A DNA stretch of 64,000 bases. Source: Centroscyllium fabricii. Lineage: Eukaryota. The position numbers were made by a program, and so were the translations under genes. Location of the stretch: assembly GCA_051313645.2 (NCBI GenBank), contig JBNRSN020000001.1, positions 216,318,001 to 216,382,000 of the forward strand. The letters run 5' to 3'. Below the pieces are notes generated by a model, which searched no databases, was not told where the DNA came from, and saw only the letters and a program-made list of their open reading frames with translations. Every line of letters begins with the position of its first letter. Positions within the stretch are counted from its first letter, which is position 1. This document shows positions 52,111-62,313 of this stretch, piece after piece.

Positions 52111-52304
52111 TATCTTGTCTACGATTATTGGGCCCTGTTTTCCTGTGCTCCAGAGTAAACGTGCTAGTGAACGAAAGTGTACATTTTAAACTTTGAATCC
52201 AAATGAATCCAGGAGCCGATAATTGTAAAAAAAAAACTTATTTTAGAGCCACCAAGTACGTAGATATTTCTTCATGCAAATAACCAATGCCATTAATCTT
52301 TACA

Positions 52305-52523
52305 AGTCACACAACACCAGATTATAGTCCAACGGTTTTATTTTAAATCACAAGCTTTCCGAGCTTTTGCCCCTTCGTCAGGTGAATGAGAATCTCATTC
52401 ACCTGACGAAGGGGCAAAAGCTCCGAAAGCTTGTGATTTAAAATAAAACCGTTGGACTATAACCTGGTGTTGTGTGACTTCTTGCATTTGTCCACCCCAG
52501 TCCAACACCGGCACCTCTACATT
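52305..52523 (+). mobile_element. Short Penelope-type fold-back insertion (about 87-bp arms centred on 52392)
   Basis: 13-bp TSD ATTAATCTTTACA (52292-52304, 52524-52536); head-to-head hammerhead motifs. Confidence 0.88.
52399..52436 (+). ncRNA. Minimal type I hammerhead ribozyme (intact)
   Basis: TCAC CTGACGA A GGGGC AAAA GCTCC GAAAGCTT GTGA. Confidence 0.8.
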
Positions 52524-52690
52524 ATTAATCTTTACAGCACAACACAGACCTGCTAACGAAAATCAATAGTTCCGCAGCTTTTCTCTTACTTTTAAAATTG
52601 AAACTCACTTGCATCTTGACTACGCAATAATGTTATAACTCAAAATAAGTAACATGTGTTCTTCGCTCTGACCTTCCCCAGTACATTTAC

Positions 52691-52870
52691 CTCTAGAGAA
52701 TGGTGACTGTGTAATTTGACAAGGTGATTTGCAGAGAACACACCGGCGCGTCTTCCTCACAGCAGAGCTTCCAGCTTGTTTCCGAGGAATGCAGTTGCAC
52801 ACAGTTCGTCACAGAGGCTGGGCAGACACTGCCTTGACACTTCCGAACGTCAGCGGCACAAACGCCGCGC
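52691..52870 (-). other. SLC46A3: Probable non-coding first exon of SLC46A3-like gene (5' end approximate)
   Basis: CpG-rich unique sequence ending in donor GAG|GTAAAT at 52690, directly downstream of CCAAT/GC boxes. The first coding exon has an acceptor, so an upstream exon is required. Confidence 0.55.
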
Positions 52871-53045
52871 GTCCCGATTCGAAGGTCGGACTGGAATGCC
52901 CACCCTCGCGCTTTCTCCATTGGCCCGCGCCTGCCGGCAGCCGAACCCCCATTGGTTGGTTTTCATGTCAATCAACGGGAGGGCGGGGTGTCGCCTCGGG
53001 GGCCATTCAGGACGGTTGCGGCGGCTACGCCTGCGCACTGGGTTT
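52870..53045 (-). promoter_or_regulatory. CpG-island promoter candidate
   Basis: Two minus-strand CCAAT boxes (ATTGG 52919-52923, 52951-52955), GC box GGGCGGGG 52981-52988, NRF1-like GCCTGCGCA near 53029; locally high CpG outside any recognisable TE. Confidence 0.6.
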
Positions 53046-53160
53046 GTTTACTCAGTTGATGGGGCATGAAATCAGACTTTGTTTATGAACCTACGACGTT
53101 AAACTTCAAATGCAAGAAGTCACACAACACCAGATTATAGTTCAACAGTTTTATTTTAAA

Positions 53161-53198
53161 TCACAAGCTTTCGGAGCTTTTGCCTCTTCGTCAGGTGA
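53161..53198 (-). ncRNA. Minimal hammerhead ribozyme (one stem II mismatch) in Penelope fragment 53108-53202
   Basis: TCAC CTGACGA A GAGGC AAAA GCTCC GAAAGCTT GTGA on the minus strand. Confidence 0.65.
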
Positions 53199-53735
53199 AT
53201 GACCTCCCCCGCCGCGCCCCCCCCCCCTTATTAGTGAGATATTCGTTTTAGTCTGCACTTTTAGTTGCCTGGTTTAAAGATGCGGTGAGTGTTGTTACAC
53301 GGGGCTATATTCACATTGAAACGAGAACAGGAGAACAGGCCACTGGGCCCAACCAGTCAGTGTTGGTGTTCGTCCTTCACAAGAGCAGCAATCCTAATCC
53401 CAGGTGTCCACCATGTTCTCCTTTATTCCCCATTCCTTCACCATCCGATCTAGCTTATTCTTAAATGTCTCTACTTTAATCACGGACTCTAATACTGCAT
53501 TTCACAGCCTCACAGATAGAGTTCAACAATTTTCGATCATAACCTCGGCCCCCATCAAACTTTTTTCAAACCACATTTTCGTCTGGGCTTTTTTCTTTTT
53601 TCTTTACTCTGCCAGAGCCGTTCACACCAATCCAGAGCCGTCCTGTGTTCCTTGATTTTCTGATCTATCCTTTGTCCTTTCAGCCCCCTCAGGCTTTAAA
53701 ATCTGTCTCCCCGCCCCCCCCTTCCTGGCTGCTTC

Positions 53736-53772
53736 AGTTCTGAAGAAAGGTCATCAACCTGAAACGTTAACT
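53736..53772 (+). ncRNA. Minimal hammerhead ribozyme of a second Penelope family (element about 53530-53865)
   Basis: AGTT CTGAAGA A AGGT CATCA ACCT GAAACGTT AACT: stem I AGTT/AACT, palindromic AACGTT. Confidence 0.75.
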
Positions 53773-54914
53773 CTGTTTCTCTCTCCACCGATGTTGCCTG
53801 GCCTGCTGAGTTTCTCCGGCGTTTTCTGTTATTATTTCGGATTTCCAGCATCCGCAGTATTTTACTATCCCCTCACAGATAGGGCTGCCATCACTCTGGT
53901 TAGACTTCCTTCTGGAGGTTTCCTCATATGACCAGCCTCCAAATCACGCCACCCAGTCATCTTTTTATCCAGTATTTGTTTGACAATGAATAAACGTGTT
54001 CAAAGAAAATGTAAAAACATTTTTAATGCCTCTATGATTTCTCCTGGGTTGCTCACAGCAGCGTCCAAGAGATGAATCTTCAATTCCTGAAATTCCAGGA
54101 CAATCATGGAGGGTTGGCAGCCCTACTCACAACCCTCTGTGTAAATCGTTTCTCCTCACTTTGTCCTAAATCTCTTCCATATAATCTTATATCTATATCC
54201 CCTCTTCAAAAAAATCACTGGAGTCAGTCTGTTTCTATCTATTTTGTCACATCCCTTCATAATTTAAACATCTCTATCAAATCACCGAATCATCCCCTCT
54301 GTTCTAATGAAAAAATACTTTCTTTGTATTTGTATTTGCTCATACCAGGCAGCACCCTAATGAATCTGCATTGTATCCTCTCTTTTGGGTCAAGTTCCTT
54401 ACCATAGTGTGGAGCTGAAAGCTGAAGTGTCCTACAGCTCAGTGTTGGAACTGCTACTGTTTCTAATTTACATCACGACTTGGAAACTCAATTCAAATTG
54501 GTCAGATTTGCAGATGATAACAAACTCAAAGGGACATTGTAATGCAAATGGACCTGAGATCTGGAGGAACAAAATCAAAATTTGCTGCTGACACCAAATT
54601 GGGGGGGCGGGGGATGTAAAATATATTAATAATGCTGAGTAGCTGCAACATTGTAACTGTATTCCATGTATAGTTGATGCTTGCAGGTCATGTTATATAA
54701 ACTAAAAAGGGAACATGATGGTCTTAGGGGGAAAGAGGTTAAAAAGATAGTTAGGAAGGCAAAGAGAAAATATAAAATAAAAATCAAAAGAAATAGTAAA
54801 GTATTCTATGGGCACATAAGTAACAAAAGGAGAATTAAGTCAAGGATTGAACCACGAAGGGATGATAAGATAATCTCATAGGAAATGGCAAGGATACAGA
54901 ATAGATACATTGGC

Positions 54915-56005
54915 CTCAATTTTCATTGAGCCATGGAGGTGGGCTTGGAGGCGTGCGGGGGGTTAACATCGCAAAAACTGGTGGGCGGGACCCCCCACCC
55001 CCCTGGCCTGGTTCCCGACTCCGAGCAATTTTAACTCAGTCGTGTGTGATGGCCCCGACTCCGTCCCGCATCCAACAGGCGGGACTGGTCGTTAAAGCCC
55101 TTAACAACCACTAAATGGCCTCTAAAAATCCTATTTTGAAAGGCCCTTGAGAATTTAACCATTTTCCTACGTGAAGCACGCCTGGTGGGAAACACGAATG
55201 TGAAACCTGGCGGGAGCACCGTTGGATTGCTGACCATCAACTGCAGGTCAACCATTAAAGAGGAGATTTGATCAGCCATGATTTGCAGGTGGCAGGACTT
55301 AGTGGTCTCAGATCTGGGGCAACTTCTTGAAGGTTCAACTACACCTGTAGAAGGTTGGAGCCTCACACCCATCTCCAGTGTGACCTCCTGGGAAACCCTT
55401 CTTGCCACCTTCACTCAGCGCATCCTCAACGGGGCCATATATTAGAAGCATGGGAGCCATTTATTTCCTTCCCATCTGGGCATTAGAAGAGCTCGAGCAC
55501 CAGCCGCGGCAGCAGCAGAACCAGGAACAACACCAGCAGCAGCAGGAGTGCCAGGCTGCTGCTCACCCACCTGAAGTTGCACAGGCCAGAAGGGGCCAGC
55601 GCCTGGAAGCCCGTCGGCACAGGAGATACCCCCCAAACGGGGTCTACAGATGCAGGGTCAGCTACCTCAACATGTCTGAGCAACAGTGCCAAAGGCGGCT
55701 CCGACTTTCACGAGAGGGAGTGACTGACATCTGCGCAACGCTACAGCAAGACCTGCTGCCCAGAGGACCAGGTGGACAAGCATTACCAGTGGTCATCAAA
55801 GTCACCACCGCCATCAACTTTTTTGCCTCGGGCTCATTCCAGGGATCAGCAGCAGACATCAGCGGCATCTCCCAGGCGTCACGCAGGTAACCGATGCCCT
55901 CTTTGCCCTCATGCACAATCACATCCATTTCACCAAGGATTGAGCAAGTGTCATGGCGTGAGCAGTTGGATTAGCTAATCTGGCAGGCTTTTCAAGGGTG
56001 CAGGG
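54915..56005 (+). mobile_element. PIF/Harbinger transposon remnant (HARBI1-like DDE nuclease), continuing at 60667-60815 after element E
   Basis: [18 protein letters not shown]...[15 protein letters not shown]...GISQ; GFSRVQG|VVDC...FVNRKGFHSLKVQLACD across the Gypsy insertion. Confidence 0.85.
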
Positions 56006-59000
56006 TGTAACCGTCAATAACGTCTTCGGAGTCGAATAGTTGGTTATAATAATCAGGCTTTTATTAACTACGTTAGCAATACACAACTGAGCTGACTGTC
56101 CCCAGAATGGCATGGGGGATGGGGGCAGTCGCTTATATACCTCCTCCAGTGGGGGAGGAGTCATGGGCGGCGCCAGGTATGTTCCTGGGATCCCGTACAG
56201 GTATTACAGGGTATTACAGGTATTACAAGGTATTACAAGGTGATTCGTTATATACAGTGATATATGGTTTATCACATTCACCCCTTCTTTAAAACAAAAG
56301 TACAGCGGGGTGAACAAAACACGGAAGTACAACGGGGTGAAAAAAAACCTAATAATTACAAGGTGCTCATTAACACAATATATACAATCAGCGTTCTTAT
56401 GACTATAAATTCAGTCTGTCAGGCGGTTTCGTTATCCGCGCTGATCTTTGCACCGCTGGTGGTGCCTGTGGTGTTCGTTGTCGTGGAGTGGCTGGTTGTG
56501 TCGGTTGTTCCCTTGCTGCCGGTCGACTGGTGGTGGTTATATCACTTCTGGGTGGCGGTGATGCCCTTATTCTGACAGCAGGGGGCGCGTTCTCTCCTTC
56601 GTCCTCTGACTCTAGGGGGCGCGCGTTGTGGATCAAGGCTTGGGGCCGGGTCGTGCTGCTCGCAGATGCCTTGTGGACATACTGGGGTACTGGGCCCACG
56701 TGTCGGGGCGTGTACTTCGGCCTCGGTGGCGCGGGGAGCGTCACAGGACGTTTTGGGAGCTCGGGCTGCCTGGCGGGGCTGGTTTTGGGGACTCCTGCTG
56801 GGGCTAGGTCCTTTATGGACACGGTGTCCTCCCTCCCGTCGGGGTACGCTATGTAAGCGTACTGGGGATTGGCGTGCAGGAGGTGGACCCGTTCGACTAG
56901 GCGATCTGCCTTGTGTCCCCTCACATGCTTCCGCAGCAGGACCGGTCCCGGAGATAGCAGCCACGATGGTAGCGAGGTCCCGGAAGCTGACTTCCTGGGG
57001 AAGGCAAAAAGTCTTTCGTGAGGGGTGGCATTAGTGGCAGTACACAGTAGGGACCGGATAGAGTGGAGGGCTTCAGGGAGAACGTCCTGCCATCGGGTGA
57101 CTGGGAGGTCTTTGGACTTTAGGGCTAACTGGATGGCTTTCCAGACCGTGGCGTTCTCTCTCTCTACCTGCCCGTTCCCCCGGGGGTTGTAGCTGGTAGT
57201 CCTGCTAGTCGCGATGCCTTTTGCTAGCAGAAACTGACGCAGCTCGTCACTCATAAAAGAGGCCCCCCGGTCACTATGGATATAGTTAGGGTACCCGAAC
57301 AGGGAGAAGATGCTACTGAGGGCTTTGATGACGGTGGCTGAGGTCATGTCCTGGCAGGGTATGGCGAAGGGGAAACGGGAGTACTCATCTATAACATTGA
57401 GGAAATAGACGTTCCTGTTGGCTGAGGGAAGGGGCCCTTTAAAATCGACGCTGAGTCGTTCAAAGGGGCGAGTGGCCTTGATTAAGTGCGCCCGGTCGGG
57501 CCGGTAGAAGTGCGGCTTGCACTCCGCGCAGACCTGGCAGTTGCTGGTCATGGTCTTGACCTCTTCGATGGAGTAGGGGAGGTTGCGGGACTTCACAAAG
57601 TGAACCAACCTGGTGACCCCTGGGTGGCAGAGGTCATTGTGAAGGGTTTGGAGACGGTCAGCCTGTGCGCTGGCACAGGTACCGCGGGATAGGGCGTCTG
57701 GGGGTTCGTTAAATATCACGGGCCGGTACAAGATATCATAATTGAACGCCGATAGTTCAATTCTCCACCTTAGTATCTTGTCGTTCTTGATCTTACCCCG
57801 CTCTTTGTTGTTGAACATAAAAGCGACTGAGCGTTGGTCAGTCAACAGGGTAAAACGCTTGCCGGCCAGGTAGTGCTTCCAGTGCCGCACTGCTTCAACA
57901 ATGGCCTGGGCCTCCTTTTCAATTGAGGAATGGCGGGTTTCTGGGCCTTGGAGGGTACGTGAAAAGAAGGCCACGGGTCTGCCCGCCTGATTAAGGGTGG
58001 CGGCCAGGGCAAAGTCCGATGCATCACTTTCCACTTGGAATGGGACGGACTCATCCACAGCGTGCATTGTGGCTTTGGCGATGTCGTTTTTAATTCTGCA
58101 GAATGCCGAGTTGGCTTCTGCAGAAAGTGGGAAGGAGGTTGATTTTAATAGTGGGCGAGCTTTGTCCGCGTAATTGGGGACCCACTGGGCATAATAGGCA
58201 AAGAATCCCAAAATCCGTTTAAGAGATTTGGGGGAGTGGGGGAGGGGAAGCTCCATGAGGGGGCGCATGCGGTCCGGGTCTGGACCGATGACTCCATTCT
58301 CCACCACGTTGCCGAGGATGGCAAGGCGGGTGGTGCTAAATACACATTTCTCCTTATTATATGTTAAATTCAGGGCTTTGGCCGTGTGGAGAAATTTTTG
58401 GAGATTGGTGTTATGGTCCTGCTGGTCATGGCCGCAGATGGTCACGTTATCAAGGTACGGGAAGGTCGCTCGCAGCCTGTACCGATCAACCATTCGGTCC
58501 ATCTCCCTTTGGAAGACCGAGACCCCGTTCGTGACTCCAAACGGAACCCTAAGGAAGTGGTAGAGGCGGCCGTCAGCCTCAAAGGCAGTATAGAGACGGT
58601 CCTCTGAGCGGATGGGGAGCTGGTGATAAGCAGATTTAAGGTCAATGGTCGAGAACACTTTAAACTGGGCGATTTGGTTCACCATGTCCGCTATCCGGGG
58701 AAGGGGGTAGGCATCTAATTGGGTGAACCGGTTTATGGTCTGGCTGTAATCCACTACCATCCTATTCTTCTCCCCGGTTTTCACCACGACTACCTGTGCT
58801 CTCCAGGGGCTATTACTGGCCTCTATGACCCCTTCTTTTAGGAGGCGCTGCACCTCGGATTTTATAAATGCCATGTCCCGAGCACTGTAGCGCCTACTCT
58901 TGGTGGCGACGGGCTTACAGTCTGGGGTGAGATTGGCAAAGAGGGATGGAGGGGCAACCTTAAGGGTTGAGAGACCACAGGTAGTGTACTGGGGGTGCCG

Positions 59001-60666
59001 CTTTGAGCCGCGGTTTGTGACCGTGAGAGGGGGAAGGGGTCCACCGAATGCCATTGTAACGCTCCGAAGATGGCACTGGAAATCCAGTCCCAGGAGTAGG
59101 GGGGCGCAGAGCTGCGGCAGCACGTAAAAACTAAAATCATTGAACATTGCGCCCTGTACATTAAGAGTTACAATACAGCGCCCGGTGACGTCAGCGGATT
59201 CTGACTTGGACGCCATAGATATTCTCTGGCGCGCAGGGATTACTTTAAGGGAGAGGCGCTTAACAGTATTCTGGTGAACAAAACTTACTGTGCTCCCACT
59301 GTCGAACAGGCACACCACCTCTTCACCGTTAACTTCCACCGGCATCATCGACCTCTCCAGTGGCTGGATTTTCCTCTGGTCTAGGCTCACGGATGCTAGT
59401 ACCAGGTCCTCCAAAAAGTCTTGATCCGGAGAGTAGTTATCTTGGTCCGGAGAGTAGTTATCTTGATCCGGAGAGTAGTCCTCCAGATCTGCTCCCCGAG
59501 ATGGCTGCCGCCATGTGTTGCGCTGTTGAGTCCAAGATGGCCGCTGTTGCTGCCTCGAGTGCTGCCGAGTGGGGGATGGGTGAGCCCGATATTGCTGCTC
59601 CCCTGTTCCACACGCAGCGCTGCCCAGTCTTGATTTAGCGTTTGGGCCTTTGCAAACCTTTGCATAGTGTCCCTTTTTGTCGCACTTGGAGCAGATCGCT
59701 TCTTTTGCGGGGCAGCTGCGTCTTGGATGCTGTGGTTGCCCACAGAAGTAGCATTTAGCTTTAGCGTGGGCCGCTGTGAGAAGTTCCTCTGGCGGTCTTT
59801 GCGCCAGTACTGTCCAAGATTGCGGGGCTGGGCCCGTATAGTTACTAGAGTAGGATGATAAATCCGTAGAGGCGCTATCTAGCGCGTGTCCCAAATCTGT
59901 AGTGGCCTGTAAGTCCTGGCCATTCTGCTCTAGCAGTCTTTGCCTAGCATAGTCCGATTTCAGGCCTGTTACATAGGCATCCCTGATGAGACTCTCCATA
60001 TGCACTAGAGCCGTTTGCGTTCTGCAGTCACAGTCCCGTGCCAGAATTCTGAGGGCTCTTAGGAACTGCACACTCGACTCGTTATTCTGTTGTTTTCGGG
60101 TGGCGAGTATATGTCTCGCGTGGACTCTGTTTGGTGCCCGATTGTATTCCGCCTCGAGGATCCTGAGGGCTTCTTGGAATGATGGGGCGTCCACTATCAT
60201 CGAATATACTTGCGGGCCCACCCGGGCGTGGAGGAGTCGTCGTTTTTGCTCCTCGGTCAGTATGACCGCTGCGTTGGCTCTAACGTATCCTTCAAGTACA
60301 TTTCGCCAGTGTGAGAAAGCGTTTGATGCTCCAGGCGATCGGGGGTCAACTTCGAACACTGATGGTTTCAACATTGTAGTATCCATTTCCAGTAGTTAAT
60401 AAAATTGTAACCGTCAATAACGTCTTCGGAGTCGAATAGTTGGTTATAATAATCAGGCTTTTATTAACTACGTTAGCAATACACAACTGAGCTGACTGTC
60501 CCCAGAATGGCATGGGGGATGGGGGCAGTCGCTTATATACCTCCTCCAGCGGGGGAGGAGTCATGGGCGGCGCCAGGTATGTTCCTGGGATCCCGTACAG
60601 GTATTACAGGTATTACAAGGTATTACAAGGTGATTCGTTATATACAGTGATATATGGTTTATCACA
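56006..60666 (-). mobile_element. Full-length intact Ty3/Gypsy element E (no tRNA PBS)
   Basis: LTRs 60406-60666 (5') and 56006-56276 (3') differ by 1 substitution and one 10-bp repeat unit; 5-bp TSD CAGGG; PPT AAAGAAGGGGTGAA. Confidence 0.97.
56403..60386 (-). CDS. Intact 1327-aa Gag-Pol polyprotein of element E
   Basis: Uninterrupted ORF: two CCHC knuckles, PR LFDSGS, RT YLDN, RNase H SDAS, IN HHCC, VDF...SDRG...ERE. Confidence 0.95.
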   Translation of the reverse strand: MDTTMLKPSVFEVDPRSPGASNAFSHWRNVLEGYVRANAAVILTEEQKRRLLHARVGPQVYSMIVDAPSFQEALRILEAEYNRAPNRVHARHILATRKQQNNESSVQFLRALRILARDCDCRTQTALVHMESLIRDAYVTGLKSDYARQRLLEQNGQDLQATTDLGHALDSASTDLSSYSSNYTGPAPQSWTVLAQRPPEELLTAAHAKAKCYFCGQPQHPRRSCPAKEAICSKCDKKGHYAKVCKGPNAKSRLGSAACGTGEQQYRAHPSPTRQHSRQQQRPSWTQQRNTWRQPSRGADLEDYSPDQDNYSPDQDNYSPDQDFLEDLVLASVSLDQRKIQPLERSMMPVEVNGEEVVCLFDSGSTVSFVHQNTVKRLSLKVIPARQRISMASKSESADVTGRCIVTLNVQGAMFNDFSFYVLPQLCAPLLLGLDFQCHLRSVTMAFGGPLPPLTVTNRGSKRHPQYTTCGLSTLKVAPPSLFANLTPDCKPVATKSRRYSARDMAFIKSEVQRLLKEGVIEASNSPWRAQVVVVKTGEKNRMVVDYSQTINRFTQLDAYPLPRIADMVNQIAQFKVFSTIDLKSAYHQLPIRSEDRLYTAFEADGRLYHFLRVPFGVTNGVSVFQREMDRMVDRYRLRATFPYLDNVTICGHDQQDHNTNLQKFLHTAKALNLTYNKEKCVFSTTRLAILGNVVENGVIGPDPDRMRPLMELPLPHSPKSLKRILGFFAYYAQWVPNYADKARPLLKSTSFPLSAEANSAFCRIKNDIAKATMHAVDESVPFQVESDASDFALAATLNQAGRPVAFFSRTLQGPETRHSSIEKEAQAIVEAVRHWKHYLAGKRFTLLTDQRSVAFMFNNKERGKIKNDKILRWRIELSAFNYDILYRPVIFNEPPDALSRGTCASAQADRLQTLHNDLCHPGVTRLVHFVKSRNLPYSIEEVKTMTSNCQVCAECKPHFYRPDRAHLIKATRPFERLSVDFKGPLPSANRNVYFLNVIDEYSRFPFAIPCQDMTSATVIKALSSIFSLFGYPNYIHSDRGASFMSDELRQFLLAKGIATSRTTSYNPRGNGQVERENATVWKAIQLALKSKDLPVTRWQDVLPEALHSIRSLLCTATNATPHERLFAFPRKSASGTSLPSWLLSPGPVLLRKHVRGHKADRLVERVHLLHANPQYAYIAYPDGREDTVSIKDLAPAGVPKTSPARQPELPKRPVTLPAPPRPKYTPRHVGPVPQYVHKASASSTTRPQALIHNARPLESEDEGENAPPAVRIRASPPPRSDITTTSRPAAREQPTQPATPRQRTPQAPPAVQRSARITKPPDRLNL

Positions 60667-62313
60667 CAGGGCGTCGTTGACTGCAAAAATGTGGCCCTTA
60701 GGACACCCCATCACAATCCAGGTATTTTTGTCAACCGCAAGGGCTTCCACTCCCTCAAAGTTCAGCTGGCGTGTGACCACAAGAACGAAATTTTGCATGT
60801 TTATGCCATGTAACCTGTGTTATGAATCTCATCATGAAGAAATGACTCATGAAATAACACTGGACAGCCAGCTGGTGGCACTGTCCAAGGAGTATAAATA
60901 CTTGGGTGTAGGCCCAGCTTGCCAGAGCCAGAGCTTACTATTTCCAGAGTACCGTTTTGTGCACTTTTGGCAGCTTTGCTCGCCAGACCTCCTTGTTTGA
61001 CACTCTTTCCCCCCGATGTAAGCCCATAGTCACTAAATCACGACGTTTCAGCCAAGATGATTGATCTTTTATCGAGACAGAAGTATCTCGCCTTCTAGCT
61101 GACAGTATCATTGAGCCATGTTCATCTTCCTGGCGGGCTCAAGTCGTCGTTGTTAAAAATCGTCTGAAGCAGCACAAGAAACGTCTTTGCATCGATTACT
61201 CGCAAACTATTAACCAGTATACCGACCTGGATGCCTACCCACTACCACGCATCGATGACATGGTCAATAACCTTGCTAACTACAAGGTATTTTCAACTTT
61301 TGATTTAAAGAGTGCATATCATCAAGTACCGTTAAAGGACTCTGACAAAAAGTATACGGCCTTTGAGGCCAATGGTCGGCTTTATCAGTTTTGTCGCCTT
61401 CCATTTGGGGTCACCAATGGGGTGGCCGCCTTTCAACGGGCAATGGATAGCCTAGTCAAACAGGAGAACTTAACGGATACTTTTCCATATCTAGATAATA
61501 TCACCATTGCTGGTCATGACCAGAATGAGCATGGTGCCAACCTCCAGAAATCTTTTGACATTCTCCGTCATCGCAACTTAACCTTAAATGAGTCCAAATC
61601 TGTGAAATCAGTACCATCAGTCAACATCCTTGGCTACTGGGTGGGCAATGGTGTCATCAAACCGGATCCGGAGCGACTTTGTCCGCTTCAGGAGCTCCCT
61701 CCCCCTATGAATCTCGGCTGTCTTCGTCGGGCACTCGGCATGTTCGCCTATTATGTGAAGTGGATACCCCACTTTTCCGACAAGATCCAGCCCCTGCTTC
61801 ACACGAAGTCATTTCCATTGGAAGCAACGGCTATTTCAGCTTTCAACCTCCTCAAGCGACAACTGGAAAAAGCCATGCTTCGTTCCATTGATGAAAATCT
61901 TCCCTTCGTGGTCGAGTGCGATGAATCGGAGGTGGCGATCTTGGCTACCTTGAATCAAGATGGTCGACCCGTTGCATTTCTGTCCAGACCTTTGCAGGGT
62001 AGCGAGCTCCATTATCCTGTCGAGAAAGAGGCTACAGCCATCATCGAAGCTGTACATAAATGGAGTCATTTTCTCTCTCGTCGCCATTTCACACTTATAA
62101 CCAATCAACGCTCCGTTGTCTTTATGCTGGATAACCGGAAATGCACTAAGATCAAGAATAACAAAATACAACTCTGGAGGATGGAATTGGCTGCCTTTGG
62201 ATACACCATACATTATCGACCCAGCAAAGAGAATGTGGCCCCGGATACCCTCACACGGGCATTCTGCTCTTCTATGTCAACTTCGACTCTTGTGGATCTT
62301 CATACTGACTTAT

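Noticed and set aside
55402-55890. Domesticated HARBI1 gene
   Set aside because: Frameshifted, with stops and interrupted by LTR elements; a transposon remnant.
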